A stretch of DNA of 64,000 nucleotides from Deltaproteobacteria bacterium (GTDB lineage Bacteria; Myxococcota_A; Polyangia; Polyangiales; Houyiibacteriaceae): contig JAXMNT010000021.1 of assembly GCA_034670305.1 (NCBI GenBank), positions 1 through 64,000 on the forward strand. The letters run 5' to 3'. The translations under genes and the position numbers were made by a program. This document shows, one piece after another, positions 59,504 through 64,000 of this stretch. Position 1 is the stretch's first letter. Each line of letters starts with the position of its first letter. The notes under the pieces were generated by a model. It was given only the letters and a program-made list of their open reading frames with translations. It did no database searches and was not told where the DNA came from.

Positions 59504-61264
59504 GTGACCACTCTGCGCGAGGTACTGAACGCGCCGGCGGACCTGACGGTACGGCGTGCGTACGGCGCCGCACTCGAGCAACAGAAGCAACCGCTCGGCC
59601 GGTTCATTCGACTGCAGTGCGACGCCGAACAAGCGGACGGTGACCCGTCTCGCGCCCTCGCGCGCGAGGCGTGGGATCTGGCACGTGACCACGAACGGGA
59701 ATGGCTCGCACCGCTGTTCGAGATTCCTTCGATTGGTGCGGTGCAACGCGGGCCACTCTTCACGCAGCGCCGCGGTCTGGTCGAACACCTCTGCGTCGAC
59801 GAAGAGATGGTCGGTGACTTTGACGCCATCTGTGAGAGGGCGCCCATCGTCAGCATCGAAGGACGGGTTCATCGTCACCGAGACGCATGGAGGATCCGCG
59901 ACCTGGCCGGGTCGAAACGCATCGAGCAGGTGCACAGCTTCCGGCTGAGCGAGCTCCACGCACCACTGCTCGTGGAGCTGGCGAAGCGCGCTCGCTCGCT
60001 CCGTTTGCGAGCGGTCCAGACCCACGTGGGTTCTCCAGCGGAACTCAATGATCTGATGGCGTGGGATGCGTTCGACGGCATCGAGTCCCTCGAGCTGCGC
60101 TGCGACCACACCGAGACGGCGTCGAAGCTCGCGCGCTGGATCGGCACCGACCCGCGCTTCGCCAAGTTGGACACGCTGGTGCTTGATGCGCCCCTCGGTA
60201 AGTCCGACGTCGCACTCCTCGCGGGGGCCAACTTTCCGAGACTTCGGCGATTCGCATTGCGGCGCGCGTTGCTTCGGACGGCAGCCACCCGCGTGCTCGC
60301 CAAGGCGTTATGGCTCCCGCAGTTGGAGTTCTTGGAGTTGAGTGGCTGCGCATTGGGCCAAGCAATCACCGACGTGGTGAAGGTGGCCTCTCGTGTCTCC
60401 ACGCTCGTGGTCGCGGGGCCTCGCGGGCTGAGCGCGAAGGCGATGCCGGCTCTTGTCGACGGGCTCGGTGGGTTGCCCTCGCTCCGTTCGCTTTGTATTC
60501 GCGACAACGTGCTTCGGCACAAAGCCGCCCATGCCTTGGCCGTGGGGGCGCAGTCCGTGCGGGGCCTGGAACACCTCGATCTCTCTGGGCTCGCGCTCCA
60601 AGACGCTGGGGTCAAGTGGTTCGCGACCGCGCGCTGGCCGAAGCTCGTGAGTCTGGATCTGAGCCGAAACGGAATCGGCCCGCCGGGGATGGATGGGCTC
60701 GCACAGAGCGGTTGTCTGGAGCGCGTTCGGTTCCTCAACCTCGCGACGAACAAGTTCCAGAACAAGGGCGCGTTGGCCCTTGCGGCCGCGCCCAAGCTCG
60801 CGCTCGAATCCCTCACCTTGGCGTTCAACTGGATGGGCAAGACCGGCGTGGCCGCGATCTTGAAGCACCCGGGTGTGTGTGGTCTGCGCGAGCTGCGGGC
60901 CGGGACCAACAACTACGCGGACGCGCCGCTGCTGGAACTCGCCAAGAGCTCACTTCGACTCGAGACGCTCATCGTCCGAGGCGTCAGTTCAGGATCGTTG
61001 CGCGCGTTCTGTGGGTCCGAAGCCGCCAAAGAACTGCGCCACTTTGACGCCAACTACGTCTCGGTGGACCGGGACGACGCCGCGGACACGGTCGATCATC
61101 TCAGCGCGGCGCCCAACCTTGGCAACGTCATCCGACTCCAAACCGGCTTCGGGTATCTGAGAGTCGGCGTGTTGGACCGACTTCACGCGCGGTTTGGCCA
61201 CCGAATCTTCGACCAGCGAGACGACCCAGAGCTGTCGGGTTTGCCGATGGAAGTCAGGATCTGA
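59504..61264 (+). CDS. TIGR02996-like plus LRR protein, tandem paralog
   Basis: Colinear with 57687-59465 (e.g. NLATNKFQNKGA identical). Confidence 0.88.
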   Translation: MTTLREVLNAPADLTVRRAYGAALEQQKQPLGRFIRLQCDAEQADGDPSRALAREAWDLARDHEREWLAPLFEIPSIGAVQRGPLFTQRRGLVEHLCVDEEMVGDFDAICERAPIVSIEGRVHRHRDAWRIRDLAGSKRIEQVHSFRLSELHAPLLVELAKRARSLRLRAVQTHVGSPAELNDLMAWDAFDGIESLELRCDHTETASKLARWIGTDPRFAKLDTLVLDAPLGKSDVALLAGANFPRLRRFALRRALLRTAATRVLAKALWLPQLEFLELSGCALGQAITDVVKVASRVSTLVVAGPRGLSAKAMPALVDGLGGLPSLRSLCIRDNVLRHKAAHALAVGAQSVRGLEHLDLSGLALQDAGVKWFATARWPKLVSLDLSRNGIGPPGMDGLAQSGCLERVRFLNLATNKFQNKGALALAAAPKLALESLTLAFNWMGKTGVAAILKHPGVCGLRELRAGTNNYADAPLLELAKSSLRLETLIVRGVSSGSLRAFCGSEAAKELRHFDANYVSVDRDDAADTVDHLSAAPNLGNVIRLQTGFGYLRVGVLDRLHARFGHRIFDQRDDPELSGLPMEVRI

Positions 61265-61273
61265 GCGCGGGCG

Positions 61274-63412
61274 TCAGAAAGGCGTGAAGCCGCCGTCGTC
61301 GGTCCAGCGGTACCAGGTTCGTTCGTTGCCGCGGCGGACGCGGAGGACTCGACCTGGTTGTCGTTCGAGGGCGCGGTCGCGTGTGCCGCTGACGCCGTCG
61401 GAAGGATCTCGGCCGCCGGTCTGTAGGGTCGCGCGCCACACCGACTCGGTGGTGCCGAGCGGCCATGCCGTCCACGCGCGCGCCTCTCCGTCGCCGTGCA
61501 CGCTCGCAAAGAGGACCGTGCCTCCGGCCGGCGGGTTCTGCGTCTCGCTCAAGAAGGTCTCGTCGAGGTGGCCTTCGAAGGTGTGCGACCACATCTCGTC
61601 GCCTGCGACGCAATCCTCGCGCATCTCGTGCACTGCGACGAAGGTCCGTCGGTCGTCGTGGGCGGACATCAGGTAGACGTCGACCCGCGCGCCGCGCTCG
61701 AAGACGTGGGTGGCGGCGACCCGGAAGCTCGTGCGGATGGCGGCCGCCGCGTCGGCGTGCGCGGCCACGAGGCGCCGTGGGATCGCTACGCAGCCATCGT
61801 ACGGCGCGAGGTACGTGGACTTCGCCCACCCGCGGGCTTCCCGCGACACGACGAAGTGGGCCCACGCGTCTTCGTCGGTCGACGCCCCGTCGCTCGGCTG
61901 CCCATCCAGATCGCCTCGCAGCGCGACCACGACGGTGTCTTGGGGTACGACGTGGCCGAAACCCGCGTCGGCCTCGGGCCGCTCGCGGACATTCAAGCGC
62001 ACGGTGGTGCGCATCAGCTGCGGCGTCAGCCCCGAGACCGACTCGCCGGTGAAGCGCGCCCCGGTTCCGCCGAACTCGGTGGTCAGCGCGTCCGCCGCGT
62101 GTGCATCGACGTCGGGTGCTTCCGCGACGACGCTCCAACCCTCGTCCGTGGCGACGAAGCGCACCGGCACCGCCCGCTGCTCGGCCGGAAGCCGGCGCCA
62201 GATGACGGCCAGCTTGCTCAGGCTCTCCGAGCTGCCGAAGACGAGGGGCGCCACCGCGCTCGGCTCGGTGGGCTCGGTCGTCGGGCTGGGTGGGTCGTCG
62301 GTGGGTGCGCGCATGGCGCCCTGCGGTTCCGACTCGGACTCGGACACGACCAGGTAGGTGGCGACCCCTCCGCCGACGAGCATCAGGCAGACGAAGATGA
62401 TCAGCAGCTCTCGGGTCTTGCCGCGCGGTTTCGGCGCCGCGTGCTGCATCGAGGGAACCGCTGGCGCGCCGGCGGGAAGCGAAGGGGTGCCCTCGGCCGA
62501 CGGCTGTCCGAGTTCGGTTGGTCCGGTCCCGAAGTCGTCGGGCGGTCGCGCAGCCACGGCGGGCAGCGACACGTCGGTGAACGGCGCGAGCGACGCGGCG
62601 AAGGCGCGCATGTTCGGACGCGCGGCGGGGTCGAGCACGAGCGCGGCATGGACCGCTTCAGTGAGTGCGCGCGGCAAACTCGGCGCGACCTCGGCGAGCG
62701 GCGCGGGTGGTTCGGTGTGCAGCTGGATCGCAAGCGCGCCCATGCTCGTCGCATCGAACGGGCGGCGTCCGGACAGCGCTTCGTAGACGACGATCGCCAT
62801 CGACCAGACGTCGCTCGGGGGCCCGAGTTCGGAGCTGCCTTTGACCTGCTCCGGCGACATGTAGACCGGGGTCCCGATCGCCATGCCGGTCTGGGTGAGC
62901 CCGCCTTCTGCGGCCACCTTCGCGATGCCGAAGTCGAGCAGCTTCGGCACGGTCTGGCCTTGGACTTCCGCGAGGAAGATGTTCTCCGGTTTGAGGTCGC
63001 GGTGCACGATGCCGCGGTCGTGCGCGCACGCGAGCGCGTCCATGACCGGCAAGAGCCACGCGATCGCTTCGGCTGGTGAGACCGCCGCCCGGGCGAGGCG
63101 TTCGTCGAAGGGTTCGCCGGTGAGGAACTCGAGCACGAGGAAGAACGCGCCGTCGTCGGTCTCGCCCATGTCGAGCACATCGACGACGTTCGGGTGTTCG
63201 AGCGCGGCCGCGGTGCGCGCTTCGCGAAGGAACCGCTCGCGCACTTCCGCGTGCCCGGTCAGATGCGCGTGCAGCATCTTGACCGCGACCCGTCGGCCGG
63301 TGAGCTCGTGGGTGCCGGCGTAGACGACCCCGAAGCCGCCGGTGCCGAGCACCCGCTCGAGGCGCACCTTGCCCACCGTCTGACCAAGGCGGGGATCGTC
63401 GGCGTCCGTCAT
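61274..63412 (-). CDS. Membrane Ser/Thr protein kinase with extracytoplasmic SH3-like region
   Basis: GTGGFG, VAVK, HRDLKPEN, DFG, GTPVYMSPEQ; TM helix; LNVRERP. Confidence 0.93.
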   Translation of the reverse strand: MTDADDPRLGQTVGKVRLERVLGTGGFGVVYAGTHELTGRRVAVKMLHAHLTGHAEVRERFLREARTAAALEHPNVVDVLDMGETDDGAFFLVLEFLTGEPFDERLARAAVSPAEAIAWLLPVMDALACAHDRGIVHRDLKPENIFLAEVQGQTVPKLLDFGIAKVAAEGGLTQTGMAIGTPVYMSPEQVKGSSELGPPSDVWSMAIVVYEALSGRRPFDATSMGALAIQLHTEPPAPLAEVAPSLPRALTEAVHAALVLDPAARPNMRAFAASLAPFTDVSLPAVAARPPDDFGTGPTELGQPSAEGTPSLPAGAPAVPSMQHAAPKPRGKTRELLIIFVCLMLVGGGVATYLVVSESESEPQGAMRAPTDDPPSPTTEPTEPSAVAPLVFGSSESLSKLAVIWRRLPAEQRAVPVRFVATDEGWSVVAEAPDVDAHAADALTTEFGGTGARFTGESVSGLTPQLMRTTVRLNVRERPEADAGFGHVVPQDTVVVALRGDLDGQPSDGASTDEDAWAHFVVSREARGWAKSTYLAPYDGCVAIPRRLVAAHADAAAAIRTSFRVAATHVFERGARVDVYLMSAHDDRRTFVAVHEMREDCVAGDEMWSHTFEGHLDETFLSETQNPPAGGTVLFASVHGDGEARAWTAWPLGTTESVWRATLQTGGRDPSDGVSGTRDRALERQPGRVLRVRRGNERTWYRWTDDGGFTPF

Positions 63413-63461
63413 GCGACGCGAGGTTACCACCCCGACGGGAGCGGTCGCGCCGGCGCGCCGT

Positions 63462-63998
63462 CTACATGATCTTCAGGCCAAACGACTCGTCTTCGTAGAG
63501 GCGCTTGAAGATGTCCGCGTAGCGGGTCTCGATGTTCTTGCGTTTGACCTTGAGCGTCGGCGTGAGTTCGTCTTCGGCGACGCTGAGTTCGCGTTCGAGC
63601 AGGTGCACCTTCTTGATCGTCTCGACCTTGGCGAGTTTCGCGTTCGCTTTGCGGATCGACTCGGTGACCCGTGTTCGGAGCGCTTCGTCCGCGGTGACCT
63701 TCGCCATGAGGGCGTTCAGTCCCTCGGGCGTCGACAGCGGATCGGCGCGCAGCGCGGCCAAGAGCGCGTCGGCTTCTGCGCGGGTGCAGTGGCCGTGCTC
63801 CGCGCCCCACTCGACCGCTTCGCCCGGACCGATCGTCACGAGCGCGACGAGGTACGGCCGCTTGTCGCCGTGCGCGTGGGCTTGGCTGATGAGTGGGTCG
63901 GACGCTTTGACTTCGTTCTCGATGTTGGCCGGCGTGAGGTTCTTGCCGCCCGCAGTGATGATGATGTGCTTCTTCCGGTCCTTGATGAACAGGTAGCC
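63462..63998 (-). CDS. Long-chain fatty acyl-CoA synthetase, 3' part (truncated by window edge)
   Basis: GYLFIKDRKKHIIITAGGKNLTPANIEN; GDKRPYLVAL; ELTPTLKVKR. Confidence 0.9.
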   Translation of the reverse strand, partial: GYLFIKDRKKHIIITAGGKNLTPANIENEVKASDPLISQAHAHGDKRPYLVALVTIGPGEAVEWGAEHGHCTRAEADALLAALRADPLSTPEGLNALMAKVTADEALRTRVTESIRKANAKLAKVETIKKVHLLERELSVAEDELTPTLKVKRKNIETRYADIFKRLYEDESFGLKIM

Positions 63999-64000
63999 GT

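Overview
High-GC window whose gene content (Cys-rich lipoproteins, CarF, Ser/Thr kinase, TIGR02996-LRR proteins, TonB/Exb cluster) suggests a myxobacterium, probably Polyangiales/Sandaracinus-like (inference). About 50 CDSs are supported, including clpB, folE, carF, mpl, a molybdopterin oxidoreductase, a GMC oxidase, a porin-TonB-ExbBDD-TBDR uptake cluster and a WYL-WYL-(IMPase/ADP-ribosylglycohydrolase)-LRR cluster. The most unusual signals are non-coding. (1) Two 74-nt tRNA-like RNAs (8117-8334) have aberrant anticodon loops and C73; the CCA of the downstream one supplies the A of the ATG of a 781-aa unknown protein. (2) An unassigned ~370-nt multi-domain structured RNA candidate (21847-22217) has its own -10 box and terminator. 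(3) A dispersed element is built from palindromes, hexamer microsatellites and a four-helix-bundle (23S rRNA IVP-like) gene or its remnant; related hexamer tracts recur through the window, and one is translated inside a lipoprotein signal peptide. (4) A TANNNT box lies 6-8 nt before many start codons, consistent with leaderless transcription. All product calls come from motif recognition by eye; no database search was run.
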